A stretch of DNA of 64,000 bases. Origin: a bacterium (GTDB taxonomy: Bacteria > Desulfobacterota > Binatia > HRBIN30 > CADEER01). Position numbers and translations under genes: made by a program. Below the pieces are notes generated by a model. It was given only the letters and a program-made list of their open reading frames with translations. It searched no databases and was not told the origin of the DNA. Location: positions 6,104 through 70,103 of the forward strand of contig JANNRA010000150.1 of NCBI GenBank assembly GCA_031401035.1. Direction: 5' to 3'. Shown here one piece after another: positions 51,410 through 60,921 of this stretch (position 1 is the stretch's first letter; every line of letters starts with the position of its first letter).

Positions 51410-51838
51410 TCAGCCGCTCAGTGCGCCGCGGAATCGCTTGACGGCCGTGGCGGCGGTCGCTCGGGCATCGGCAAGGACGGAGTCCACTGTGCGCTTGATG
51501 TCCGCCCACGACCCGCCGGCCGCCGCGGAGACGCGCTTGAGGGTGCCCGCGGCCTCGCGCTGTTTCGACTTGAGGGCGCTGAGGTGCGTGCGTGCGTCCT
51601 TGCGCAGGGTACGAATCCGCGTCCGCGCATCGGCCTCAAGCTTGCCCTCGGCCTTGCGCAGGCCCCGCTGGATCTCAACGATCGATCTGTCCAGGTGCCT
51701 GACGCCCTGCTGAATCTCGGCGTACATGACCCGCGCCTCGCGCGACATCGCCTTCTTCGCCCGCCGCGGCGCGCTCATCGGTTTGGAACGCTTTCGGGCC
51801 GTCGTGACGGACTTGGCCGGCTTCCGTGGTGCCTTCAT
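51410..51838 (-). CDS. Basic coiled-coil hypothetical protein
   Basis: Lys/Arg-rich N-terminus, helical body; AAGGAG SD. Confidence 0.65.
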   Translation of the reverse strand: MKAPRKPAKSVTTARKRSKPMSAPRRAKKAMSREARVMYAEIQQGVRHLDRSIVEIQRGLRKAEGKLEADARTRIRTLRKDARTHLSALKSKQREAAGTLKRVSAAAGGSWADIKRTVDSVLADARATAATAVKRFRGALSG

Positions 51839-52041
51839 GGTTCTCTCCTTCCGCTGCCGCTCGATCGCGGCCGTTGTGTGCCTGTTCTCCCAGCCTCGCC
51901 GTGGTGACGGCTTGGTCGCGCTCGATTCACTTCATCGCGCGCTAAGAACCACGCGTCGCCCACGGTGGCGGCCAGCCGGCTGGGCGACCGCCGCGAACCC
52001 ATCCGCGTTCGACGATTCACCCGCGGAAGCTCGCCCTTATC

Positions 52042-52194
52042 TCAACCCAGGGGCCTGCGACCCTGAACCAGGCGAACCAGAATCACCACGACCGCGATGA
52101 CGAGCAGGATGTGGACGAACCCGCCCATTGTGTACGAGGACACCAAGCCAAGCAGCCACAAGATGATCAGGATGACCGCGATGGTTTCGAGCAT
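52042..52194 (-). CDS. 50-aa lmo0937-family small membrane protein (absent from ORF track)
   Basis: MLETIAVILIILWLLGLVSSYTMGGFVHILLVIAVVVILVRLVQGRRPLG*; GGAGGAGG SD. Confidence 0.88.
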   Translation of the reverse strand: MLETIAVILIILWLLGLVSSYTMGGFVHILLVIAVVVILVRLVQGRRPLG

Positions 52195-52259
52195 TCGATA
52201 CCTCCTCCACCGGTGAGGTGGTGTGGTTGGGAGTTACATCTTCTCTGTTCTCTCGATGT

Positions 52260-52275
52260 AGCAAGTACTCCGCCA
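52260..52275 (-). promoter_or_regulatory. Sigma-54 -24/-12 promoter upstream of the lmo0937-family gene
   Basis: Minus strand TGGCGG-AGTAC-TTGCT. Confidence 0.55.
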
Positions 52276-52334
52276 GAGGACACTTTCCCTGGTTACGCGT
52301 CTCACCTGACGTCGATTCTCACGAATGTAAATTG

Positions 52335-52406
52335 TACCCGGGCGAGCTGCTGGAAATGCTGGCGTCATTGGTCCCGCGGCGCCCCCCCCTGCCCACCTGG
52401 CGGCCG
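52335..52406 (+). mobile_element. IS91-family transposase relic 1 (very short)
   Basis: Translates PGELLEMLASLVPRRPPLPTW; shares CTGCCCACCTGGCGGCCG with relics at 55.7 and 60.7 kb. Confidence 0.55.
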
Positions 52407-52415
52407 CAGCCGGCC

Positions 52416-52431
52416 GTAAGGCAGCGTTAAG
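52416..52431 (+). promoter_or_regulatory. TTAAG-N6-TTAAG-type response-regulator box
   Basis: GTAAG-GCAGCG-TTAAG about 45 bp upstream of the cytochrome-like fragment. Confidence 0.45.
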
Positions 52432-52475
52432 GTCGGCCTCCTACGTTTCATCCAACGATGAAACCAGGAGGCCAC

Positions 52476-52937
52476 ATGCGATCCCCATTCCTCATGCTGT
52501 TCGGCGCCGCCCTCGCGCTTGCCGCGCCGGCGCGGGCTGAGTCCCCGGCCGATTTCCTCAGCGCCTTCGAGCGCGAGGCACGCGCCGCTGATGCCGCCTT
52601 CGCCGGCTTCTCCGCCGATCCTGCTGCGCAATCTGATCGACAACGCGCTGCGGCACGGGCGCGACACGTGTGCGTCGCGGTGGCGCGCGACGCCGGTGCG
52701 GGGACCGTGGTCGTCGTCGACGACGGTCCCGGGATCCCGGCCGAGGAGCGCGAGCGCATGCTGGAGCGCTTTCACCGCCTCGCGGCCGCGGGCGAGGGCG
52801 GCAGCGGCCTCGGCCTCGGCCTGTCGATCGTCCAACGCATTGTCGAGCTGCACGGCGCCTCCCTGGTCCTGGCGGGCGGCGACGACGGGCACGGCCTGCG
52901 CGTCACCCTCCGCTTCCCATGCGGCCCTCGCGCGTGA
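52476..52937 (+). pseudogene. Chimeric relic: DUF1924-like cytochrome c N-terminus joined to a frameshifted histidine-kinase HATPase C-terminus
   Basis: Signal plus AESPADFLSAFEREARAADAAFAGFSA without CxxCH; N-box ILLRNLIDNALRHG in another frame; DDGPGIP and GSGLGLGLSIV boxes. Confidence 0.7.
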
Positions 52938-52995
52938 CCAGGGTGGCGGGTGACGAAGCGCGGCGCGCCCACAGGGCGGTGAGGCACAACGCGGC

Positions 52996-55464
52996 ATGAA
53001 GGGCACACTCGATCGAGCCAGGATCGCCGGTTGGTCGCCGGACGGCCTGACCGACGACGCGGCGGCGGCGCGGCGCGCCCGCTTCGGGCCGAACGACATC
53101 GTCGACGCCGTCGAGAACCCGTGGTGGGCGCTGCTGCGCGACACGGCGCGCGATCCGATGATCTGGCTCCTCGCCGGCACGGGCGCGGTCTATGCGTTCC
53201 TCGGCGAGGCGGTCGAGGCGCTGACGATGGTCGTGTCGATCGTGCCGCTCGTCGGCATGGACCTGTACCTGCACCGCCGCACGCAGGCGTCGACCGCCGG
53301 GCTCGCCAGCCGTCTGGCGACGACGGCGCGCGTGCTACGCGGCGGCGTCGCGCGCGAGATCGCGGCCCGCGACCTCGTGCCGGGCGATCTGACCATCGTC
53401 GCGACCGGGCAACCGTTCCCCGCCGACGGGATCGTCGTGGGCGGCGAGGAGATCCAGGCCGATGAATCGGCGCTCACCGGCGAAGCGTTCCCGGTGCGAA
53501 AGCGATCCGCTGCCGCGGCGACCCTGCAGGGCGAGGCCGCGGTGGATGCCGAACACTGGGGCTTCGCGGGCACGCGGCTGCTCACCGGCGAGGCGCGGCT
53601 CCTGGTGGCCCTGACCGGCGGCGAGACGCTGTACGGGGAGATCGTCCGCTCCGCCACGCGCGGGCCCGCCGTGCGGACGCCCCTGCAGTCGGCCATCGCC
53701 AGCCTCGTCGCCGCGCTCGTCGTCGGGGCTGCGGTGGTCTGCATCGTGCTCGCCGCGGTGCGCCTCTGGCAGGGGCACGGCTGGGTCGACGCCCTGCTGA
53801 GCGCGGTGACCCTCGCCGTGGCGGCGATTCCGGAGGAGTTTCCGGTCGTCTTCACGTTCTTCCTCGGCGTCGGCGTCCACCGCCTGGCGAAGCAGAGGGC
53901 CCTGGTCCGCCGCGCCGTCTCGGTCGAGAACATCGGCCGCATCACCTGCATCTGCTCCGACAAGACCGGCACCATCACGGAGGGCAGCCTGCGCGTCGGC
54001 CACGTCGAGCCCGCCCCCGGGGCGGACGAAGCCTCCCTGCTCGCCGCCGGGGCGCTCGCCTCGCGCGCGGCAACCGGCGATCCGCTCGATCTCGCGATCC
54101 TCGCCGCGGCGACCGCGGCCGGGGCCGGCGGGGCGGCGGTCGAGTCGCTCGCGACCTTCCCCTTCACCGAGGATCGGCGCCGCGAGACCAGCGTCGTGCG
54201 CACGGCGGACGGGGCGATCCGCACGGCGACCAAGGGCTCGCCCGAGGTCGTCCTGGCGCTCTGCGAACTCACCGCCGCCGCCCGCGCCGCGTGGGTGGCG
54301 AAGGTCGACGCCTGGGCCGCGGACGGCCACAAGGTGATCGCCGTCGCCTCGCGCCCGCTGGGCGCGTTCGACGGCGGCGAGCCGGATCGCGGCTACCACT
54401 TCGACGGGCTGTTCGCCTGCGAGGACCCGGTGCGGGACGGCGTCGTCGAGGCGATCGCCACCTGCCGACGGGCGGGCATCCACGCCATCATGGTGACCGG
54501 CGATCACCCCGCCACGGCCGCCGCGGTCGCGCGCGCGATCGGGCTCGGCGGTGGCGCGCCGGCGGTCGTCTCGGGCGAGGAGATGGAGGCCCTGGCGGCG
54601 CGTGATCCCGCCGCGCTGCGGCGCGTCGACGTCGTGGCGCGCGCCGTGCCGATGCAGAAGCTGACGCTCGTGCGCGCCCTCCAGCAGGCCGGCGAGATCG
54701 TGGCCGTGACCGGCGACGGCGTGAACGACGTTCCCGCGCTCGGCATCGCCGACGTCGGCATCGCCATGGGCGGGCGCGGGACCCGCAGCGCGCGCGAGAT
54801 CGCGTCCGTCGTACTGCTCGACGACAATTTCCGCACGATCGTCGCGGCCATCGCCGAGGGCCGCGGGCTCTTCGACAACCTGCGGCTGGCCTTCGAGTAC
54901 CTGCTGGTGATCCATCTGCCGCTCGTGCTGAGCGCGGCGGCGTTGCCGCTCGCCGGGTTCCCCCTGCTCTACCTGCCGATCCACATCGTCTGGTTGGAGC
55001 TGTTGATCCACCCGACCGCCATGCTGGTCTTTCAGGAGCTGCCCCGCACCGGGCCGCTCGCGCCACCGCGGCGCGGACCGGCGCGCTTCTTCTCGCGGCG
55101 CGAGGGCGCCGCCATCCTCGCGACGGGACTCCTGGTCAGCGTCGCGGTCATCGGCGGCTACCTGTGGAGCCTCGGTCCGACGCAGGACGTCGCGCACGCG
55201 CGCGCCACGGCGCTGCTGGTGCTCACGGGAGCGAGCGCCGCGGTCACCTGGGTCCTCTCCGGGGCCCGCTCGCGCGCGGCGAAGGTGATGATCGCCGTGA
55301 CGCTGCTCTCCGCGCTCGCCGTCATCCAGGTGCCGGCGCTGGCGGGCCTCTTCGGGGTCGCCCCGCTGCATCTCGGCGACTGGGCGCTCGCCCTCGGCGC
55401 CGCCGCGCTCGCCTCGCTGCCGCTCCTGGCGGTGCGGCGCCCCGGCGAGAGGGGCTCGGAATAG
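52996..55464 (+). CDS. P-type cation-transporting ATPase (PEEF type)
   Basis: DESALTGEA, AAIPEEF, CSDKTGT, KGSPE, TGDH, TGDGVND. Confidence 0.93.
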   Translation: MKGTLDRARIAGWSPDGLTDDAAAARRARFGPNDIVDAVENPWWALLRDTARDPMIWLLAGTGAVYAFLGEAVEALTMVVSIVPLVGMDLYLHRRTQASTAGLASRLATTARVLRGGVAREIAARDLVPGDLTIVATGQPFPADGIVVGGEEIQADESALTGEAFPVRKRSAAAATLQGEAAVDAEHWGFAGTRLLTGEARLLVALTGGETLYGEIVRSATRGPAVRTPLQSAIASLVAALVVGAAVVCIVLAAVRLWQGHGWVDALLSAVTLAVAAIPEEFPVVFTFFLGVGVHRLAKQRALVRRAVSVENIGRITCICSDKTGTITEGSLRVGHVEPAPGADEASLLAAGALASRAATGDPLDLAILAAATAAGAGGAAVESLATFPFTEDRRRETSVVRTADGAIRTATKGSPEVVLALCELTAAARAAWVAKVDAWAADGHKVIAVASRPLGAFDGGEPDRGYHFDGLFACEDPVRDGVVEAIATCRRAGIHAIMVTGDHPATAAAVARAIGLGGGAPAVVSGEEMEALAARDPAALRRVDVVARAVPMQKLTLVRALQQAGEIVAVTGDGVNDVPALGIADVGIAMGGRGTRSAREIASVVLLDDNFRTIVAAIAEGRGLFDNLRLAFEYLLVIHLPLVLSAAALPLAGFPLLYLPIHIVWLELLIHPTAMLVFQELPRTGPLAPPRRGPARFFSRREGAAILATGLLVSVAVIGGYLWSLGPTQDVAHARATALLVLTGASAAVTWVLSGARSRAAKVMIAVTLLSALAVIQVPALAGLFGVAPLHLGDWALALGAAALASLPLLAVRRPGERGSE

Positions 55465-55502
55465 CCCGCCTCCGACCGTGCGCGGGCCGCTCTCACCGTC
55501 GT

Positions 55503-55775
55503 GCGGGTAGCCCATCCAAGCTGCGGATGCGTCAAACTCGGGATGTATCGGACGTCGCGGATGAGGGGGCAATGGCTCGCGACGGGGCGACCGCAGGGGG
55601 CGCGCGCCGAGCTGACCGGCTCGGATTCATCCGCCGGCTCCGCGCCGGCTCCGCGCCCGCCGGAGCGCCCGAACCCCCAGCCGGCTGCGTCCGCCCCCGC
55701 CACGTCGCCTGGGCCGAGTTCCTGCGCCGGACCTTTGCCCTCGACGTGCTCGCCTGCCCACCTGGCGGCCGGACG
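55503..55775 (+). mobile_element. IS91-family internally deleted relic 2
   Basis: Homologous to 60281-60690; encodes WAEFLRRTFALDVLACP. Confidence 0.75.
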
Positions 55776-55789
55776 GCGGCGCAGGGGCT

Positions 55790-56190
55790 CGACACCACCA
55801 TCGAGTTCCAACCCGCCGACGTGCGCGCCTGGAACGGCCGGCGCGACGTCGACGTCGCCTACGCCCGCTTCCGGCTCACCCACCTCGAGGACCCGGCAGC
55901 GATGGTGCGGTCCTCCTCGCCCACCTGCGCCCGGGCGGCACGGCGATCCGGACATCGGCCCGCGGCTGCCCGACCTGCTGCTCGACGCCCAACCACCGGC
56001 GCTGCAAGGCGAGCTGAAGCTGCTCTCGGCGATCACGATGGAGAACGTCGCCCCGGCGGTGCTCGAGGAAGATCTGGCGACGGCGGACGAGGTCGCCGAC
56101 CTCGTGCGGGCGTTGCACGACCAGGCAGCGGATCCGCACGTGCTCGGCGGTTTGCCGCGCATCGTCCAGGCCCTGGGGCGTGCGCTGAAG
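55790..56190 (+). pseudogene. Fragmented SAM-dependent methyltransferase
   Basis: DVAYARFRLTHLEDP in one frame; DPDIGPRLPDLL...ITMENVAPAVLEEDLA...LPRIVQA in another; no N-terminus. Confidence 0.6.
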
Positions 56191-56207
56191 CGGGTCGCCG
56201 CGCGGCG

Positions 56208-57911
56208 TCAGTTCGCCCAGTACACGTACTCGTCGTCGGCGGCGATGTTCCCCTCGGCGACGTCCGCCATGGTCTTGTCGATCGGAATGGGTGCTTCGAG
56301 GGCCGCGGGGTACAGCGGGGTGCGTCCCGAGCGCCGGTGCGCGTCGAGCAACGCCGCAAGTTCCGCGACGACCTGCGGACGTTCGCTCGCCAGGTTGCGC
56401 TGCTCGGTCGGATCGGTGGCGAGATCGAAGAGCCAGTTCTTCGCCGGCCGCGCAGACACCTGCAGCTTCCAGTCGCCTTTGCGTACGACGCGGTACTCGC
56501 CGCTCTGCCAGAACAATACCTCGTGCGGCCGCGTGCCCGCGGCGACGTCGCCGGTGGCCCAAGGGAGCAGGTTGACGCCGTCGATGTCCACGTCATCTGG
56601 CCACCGCGACCCACCTGCCGCCGCGAGCGTCGGCATGAGGTCGATGTGGGCGACAGGGGCGTCGATCCGCGTCCCAGGTGCGATCCTTGCCGGCCATTTC
56701 ACGAACAGCGGGACGCGAATGCCGCCTTCGAAGAACGTCGCCTTCCAGCCGCGATACGGCGCGTTGACGCCCGGAATGCCGATGTACCCGGCGCCGCCGT
56801 TGTCACTGGTGAACACGACGATCGTGTTCTCGGCGAGGCCTTCCTCCTCCAGCGTCCGCATGATCCGGCCGACGCTGCGATCCAGCGCCCGCACCATGGC
56901 GGCGTAGACGCGCAGCCGCGGCGGGCCCTCGACATGGGCGACGGCGTCGACGTCCTCCTGCGTCGCCTGCAGAGGCGTGTGGACGCCCCACTGCTCGAGG
57001 TACAGGAAGAACGGGCGGTGTTTATTGGCGCGGATCACCGCGAGCGCCTCGTCCGTGTAGTAGTCGGTCAGGTAGCCCCGCGGCGCGAAGCGTTCGCCGC
57101 CGTTCTGCATGGCCGAGTACCGCTGGGTGGCCCACAGGAATTTGTCGATGAGATCGAAGTCGAGCTTGGCGTTGACGACCTGGGCATCGTCTTCGGGCAG
57201 GTACAGGCCGCCGGCCATCGACAGGGCCTCGGCGAACCCCTGGGCGTTCGGCCCGAACTCGGGGCCGTGCCCGAGGTGCCACTTGCCGATCTGCACCGTG
57301 TGGTAGCCGCTGCGCTGCAGCACCTCCGCGACGGTCGTTTCGGACCCCGGCAGGCCCTGCAGTGCGAGCGGCGGCAGCGACCGGTCGGCCTCGGCGTCGT
57401 AGCGCACGGGCAACGCTTGCGACATGTCCTCGGCGTACATCGCGAGCACCCGGGCCATGTCGCGCGGCATGGGCGTGAACTCGAAGCCGGTGCGTGTCGG
57501 GTACCGGCCGGTCATGATCATGGCGCGCGACGGCGCACACGTGGCGGTGCCGGCGTATGCCTGGGTGAAGGTCGCTCCGGCGGCGGCCAGCGCGTCGATG
57601 TTGGGCGTGGCCACGGCGCCGCCCGCGACCCCGCCGCCGAACGTGGAGATATCGTTGATGCCGAGATCATCGGCGAGGATGACGATGATGTTGGGCGGGC
57701 GGACGCCCGCCGGCTCCGCGGGCGACTCGGGTCCGCGCGCCCACACGACGTCGCGGTTGGGAGCGATGTCGCCCCACGTCGCCACCGTCGTCAGCGCGTA
57801 GAAGATCAGGGGCTTCCGATACGCGTAGCCCAGCGCGCCGACCACGACGACGACGGCCACGACGCCCGCCAACGCCTTGGCGACCCCTCGGCCGGTTTCC
57901 GGCCGCCTCAC
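56208..57911 (-). CDS. Sulfatase (formylglycine-dependent)
   Basis: PNIIVILADDLG, CAPSRAMIMTG, IGKWHLG, FTSDNG, EGGIRVP; GTGA overlap with the GST-like gene. Confidence 0.92.
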   Translation of the reverse strand: MRRPETGRGVAKALAGVVAVVVVVGALGYAYRKPLIFYALTTVATWGDIAPNRDVVWARGPESPAEPAGVRPPNIIVILADDLGINDISTFGGGVAGGAVATPNIDALAAAGATFTQAYAGTATCAPSRAMIMTGRYPTRTGFEFTPMPRDMARVLAMYAEDMSQALPVRYDAEADRSLPPLALQGLPGSETTVAEVLQRSGYHTVQIGKWHLGHGPEFGPNAQGFAEALSMAGGLYLPEDDAQVVNAKLDFDLIDKFLWATQRYSAMQNGGERFAPRGYLTDYYTDEALAVIRANKHRPFFLYLEQWGVHTPLQATQEDVDAVAHVEGPPRLRVYAAMVRALDRSVGRIMRTLEEEGLAENTIVVFTSDNGGAGYIGIPGVNAPYRGWKATFFEGGIRVPLFVKWPARIAPGTRIDAPVAHIDLMPTLAAAGGSRWPDDVDIDGVNLLPWATGDVAAGTRPHEVLFWQSGEYRVVRKGDWKLQVSARPAKNWLFDLATDPTEQRNLASERPQVVAELAALLDAHRRSGRTPLYPAALEAPIPIDKTMADVAEGNIAADDEYVYWAN

Positions 57912-59083
57912 CGCGGTGGTCCGAAGATGAAGAAGTTGCGCGCGTCTCTGGTGACGCGTGGCGTCGGGACGAGCGCGAACAGATCGCCCGCGCCCAGGGA
58001 GTCGAGCAGGCCGTCGGCGGCCTCCCGGTCGCGGCCGGCGAGTCCGCAATAGTACTCCAGCGGCCGTTGCCATTTCCACACCGTATCGATGCGTGCGACG
58101 CGGCTGATTGGCACGCCGCGCATCTCGAACGTGTGCCCACCGCACGCGGCCATGCCGTTGGGCAACGACGGGATCGATGTGCCCGCCGACGTGTCGGACA
58201 CACTGGCGGCCCAACCGTTGTAGGTCGTCATCAGGCTGCGAATCTCCGGGAAGAAATCGCCGCCGACGAGCCGCAGCACCTCCATCGTCGTCGCGAGGAT
58301 CTCGTCACCGGGGGTGAAAGCGTCCTCGGCGTCCGGGAATTCCGGTGGGGGGAACTCGCGGGCATTCATGCGCTCGGTCCAGCGGTGCAGGCGCGGCGCG
58401 CGCTGGCGCATCAGTTGCGCGGGGTAGGGATCGCGCGCGAAATGCCCGTACATCGGCGCCATCAACGCGCAATCGGCGATCGAGGCGCGCCCGCCGAAGA
58501 GGTACGGGTGGACCCGAAAGTGGGCGTTGAGGAGGTCGAAGAGCGCGACGGTGCTGGCCTCGATCGCCGGAATCGTTCCGGCGTGCACCCCCATCGGCCC
58601 CATGTGCGCATGCATCTGGCTGGCGACCGCTTCGCCGAGTTGTTGGACGAGTGCCACGTGGCTGCCCGCCGATGCGGTCCCGAACTCATCGATCACGAAG
58701 GGGTCGTTCGTCTCACGGAAGCTCCATCGATAGTGGAGGCCGGCCGGCAGAAGCCCCTCGTCGGCGTAGACCTCGAGAATCAACGCGGCCAGTCGCTGGC
58801 GCGGACCGGCGGGGTAGAAGGGTCGTTCGGGATGGCGCACTTCCAGATGATCGATGATCTCGGAGCTGTCCTGGATCACCGTCCCGTCCGCCAGCTCGAC
58901 GGTGGGCATACGCAGAAAGCCCGCCTTCGGCAGCACCTCGGTGAGAAAGTGCGGGTGGCTGACGAAGCGATCGACGAAGTCGAGCCGCTTCTGGCGCAGA
59001 TAGGCTCGGGTCTTGGCCGAGTAGTACGACGCCTCGGCGACGTAGTGGCGAATCGGCTCGCCAGGCTGTTGGCTCCCGGACAT
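57908..59083 (-). CDS. Glutathione S-transferase-like protein
   Basis: SYYSAKTRAYLR, MPTVE...IQDSSEII, YLFGGRASIADCAL. Confidence 0.85.
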   Translation of the reverse strand: MSGSQQPGEPIRHYVAEASYYSAKTRAYLRQKRLDFVDRFVSHPHFLTEVLPKAGFLRMPTVELADGTVIQDSSEIIDHLEVRHPERPFYPAGPRQRLAALILEVYADEGLLPAGLHYRWSFRETNDPFVIDEFGTASAGSHVALVQQLGEAVASQMHAHMGPMGVHAGTIPAIEASTVALFDLLNAHFRVHPYLFGGRASIADCALMAPMYGHFARDPYPAQLMRQRAPRLHRWTERMNAREFPPPEFPDAEDAFTPGDEILATTMEVLRLVGGDFFPEIRSLMTTYNGWAASVSDTSAGTSIPSLPNGMAACGGHTFEMRGVPISRVARIDTVWKWQRPLEYYCGLAGRDREAADGLLDSLGAGDLFALVPTPRVTRDARNFFIFGPPR

Positions 59084-59112
59084 GACGTCGTCCTCCGATG
59101 AGTTGGGCCCCC

Positions 59113-59757
59113 TCAGGGGACGGTGCGTGACGCGGTGCGGCGTACACGTCTTGGTTCCGGCGTGCCCTCGAGGAGGGCAGTCAAGATGCGCGCCAGCACG
59201 CGTTCGGCGCGCCCGACCGACAGGCCTCGATCGGCGCGCAGCGCCTCCCAGGTCGACCACTCCGCGACGGTCGCGAGCGCGTCGAGCCGCTCGCGGCGGT
59301 CGGCGACCGCGAATCGCGCCAGTTCGACGGCGAAGACGCGGGCGACCTCGGCTTCGGCGAGACGCCGGCCTGCCGCAAGCCGTCGCGCGAGCTCAGGCGA
59401 AGCGCGCTGCATGCGCACCGCGACCCGGCGCACAGGCCGAACGGCCTCCAACAGTCGCGCCCGCTGCCGCACGAACGCCGTCAGGCGCGCGGCGAGCGGA
59501 CCTTCATTCGGGCAGGGAGTGAGGAGCGGCGCCAGCCGCTCCATCTGGCGGTCGGCCGCCGCCGCGAAGAGCGCATCCAAATCGCTGAAGTGACAGAACA
59601 GCGCCCGCTCCGACACGCCCGCGGCCGCGGCGATGCGGGCCGCGGTGGGCCGATCGTCGCGATGCACGAGGTCGTCCAAGACGGCGTCGAGCATGACGGC
59701 CGCCGTCCGAGCACCGCGAGCGAATCGGCCGTCGGTCGGAGCCAGAGTCTGCGCCAT
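59113..59757 (-). CDS. TetR/AcrR family transcriptional regulator
   Basis: PTAARIAAAAGVSERALFCHFSDLDAL HTH. Confidence 0.87.
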   Translation of the reverse strand: MAQTLAPTDGRFARGARTAAVMLDAVLDDLVHRDDRPTAARIAAAAGVSERALFCHFSDLDALFAAAADRQMERLAPLLTPCPNEGPLAARLTAFVRQRARLLEAVRPVRRVAVRMQRASPELARRLAAGRRLAEAEVARVFAVELARFAVADRRERLDALATVAEWSTWEALRADRGLSVGRAERVLARILTALLEGTPEPRRVRRTASRTVP

Positions 59758-59771
59758 CGGGGCGTCGGTTA

Positions 59772-59788
59772 TTACAGTGGCACTGTAA
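59772..59788. promoter_or_regulatory. Perfect palindrome, probable autoregulatory TetR operator
   Basis: TTACAGTG-G-CACTGTAA 14 bp upstream of the TetR start. Confidence 0.75.
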
Positions 59789-59929
59789 GTACAATGGCTC
59801 CAGGCCGCGGAGTGAGTACGGGTCCCGCACGATGGCGTCATCCGACGCCCTGCGGCAGTGGTACCGCGATGAACCTGTCCAGTCCCTCCCCATCGGCCGC
59901 GACTTTCTGTGCTGCCCCCCGAGGCCTCC

Positions 59930-60280
59930 GTCGCGCGCCCGGCACACGGTGCTGGCCGTCACCCTGGTGCTGACCGCGATCGCCTACCTCGATCGCGTCT
60001 GCATCTCCATGGCGGCGCCGGCGATGAACGCCGATCTCGGCATCAGCGACCTGCACATGGGCTACGTCGTCAGTGCCTTCACCCTCGCCTACGCGCTCTT
60101 CGAGGTGCCGAGCGGCTGGCTGGCCGATCGCTTCGACGCCCGGCTGATGCTGACGCGCATCGTCGTCTGGTGGTCGGCGATGACCGCCGCCACCGGCCTG
60201 GTGACCGGCTTCGGCACGCTGGTCGCCGTGCGCTTCCTGTTCCGCGTCGGGGAGGCCGGCGCCTTCCCGAGCATGGCATG
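59930..60280 (+). pseudogene. MFS transporter (ACS-like) truncated by an IS91-like relic
   Basis: AYLDRVCIS, AYALFEVPSGWLADRF, RFLFRVGEAGAFP; similarity stops at 60280 after about 4 helices. Confidence 0.8.
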
Positions 60281-60701
60281 GCGGATCGCCCATCCAACCT
60301 GCGGGTGCGACATACTGGCGATGTGTCGAAGGTCGCGGACGGAGGGGCAATGGCATGCGGCGGGGCGGCCGCAGGGGTCGCGCGTCGAGCTGACGGGCTC
60401 GGATTCATCCGCCGCCGCCGCGCCCGTCCGCGGCGCCCGACGGCACCGCGCCCGCCGGGGCCCCCGCACCCCCAGCCGGCCACGTCCGCCCCCGCCACGT
60501 CGTCCGGGCCGAGCTCCTGCGCCGGACCTTTGCCCTCAACCTGCTCGCCTGCCCGGACTGCGGCGGGCGGCTGCGCTTGGTGGCGACCATCGCCGCCCCG
60601 CGCGTGATTGCCAAGATTCTCACGCACCTCGGTTGCCGGTGGAGCCGCCGCGCGCCACGCCGCCGCGCCTGCCCACCTGGCGGCCGGACGACGCCGCCTG
60701 A
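60281..60701 (+). mobile_element. IS91-family internally deleted relic 3
   Basis: Encodes RAELLRRTFALNLLACPDCGGRLRLVATIAAPRVIAKILTHLG, a typical IS91-family transposase C-terminus; no catalytic core. Confidence 0.8.
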
Positions 60702-60921
60702 GCGGCGCCCCCGCGATCGAGGTCGCGGCGGGCGTGAATCGGCGCCGAAGTTCGACCTCTTTCGGCGTGCAGGCGTGCTCCCCGTAGGCAGTCTGAATGT
60801 TAAACCACCGGAGTCGGTTCGACGACCTCGGTGGGGCCCATCGTGGATGCCGATGCGGGGTCAAGCGGCGGGCCGATGTACACACGCCACCCGAGAGCAA
60901 CCGCCCACATCGCGCGATGCG

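Noticed and set aside
55164-58052. 962-aa plus-strand ORF and the overlapping 468-aa ORF
   Set aside because: Composite of IS relic, methyltransferase fragments and the sulfatase antisense strand; stop codons are rare at this GC content
60760-60830. Possible oriIS end of relic 3
   Set aside because: GCAGTCTGAATG only faintly resembles IS91/ISCR oriIS sequences and cannot be supported without an alignment
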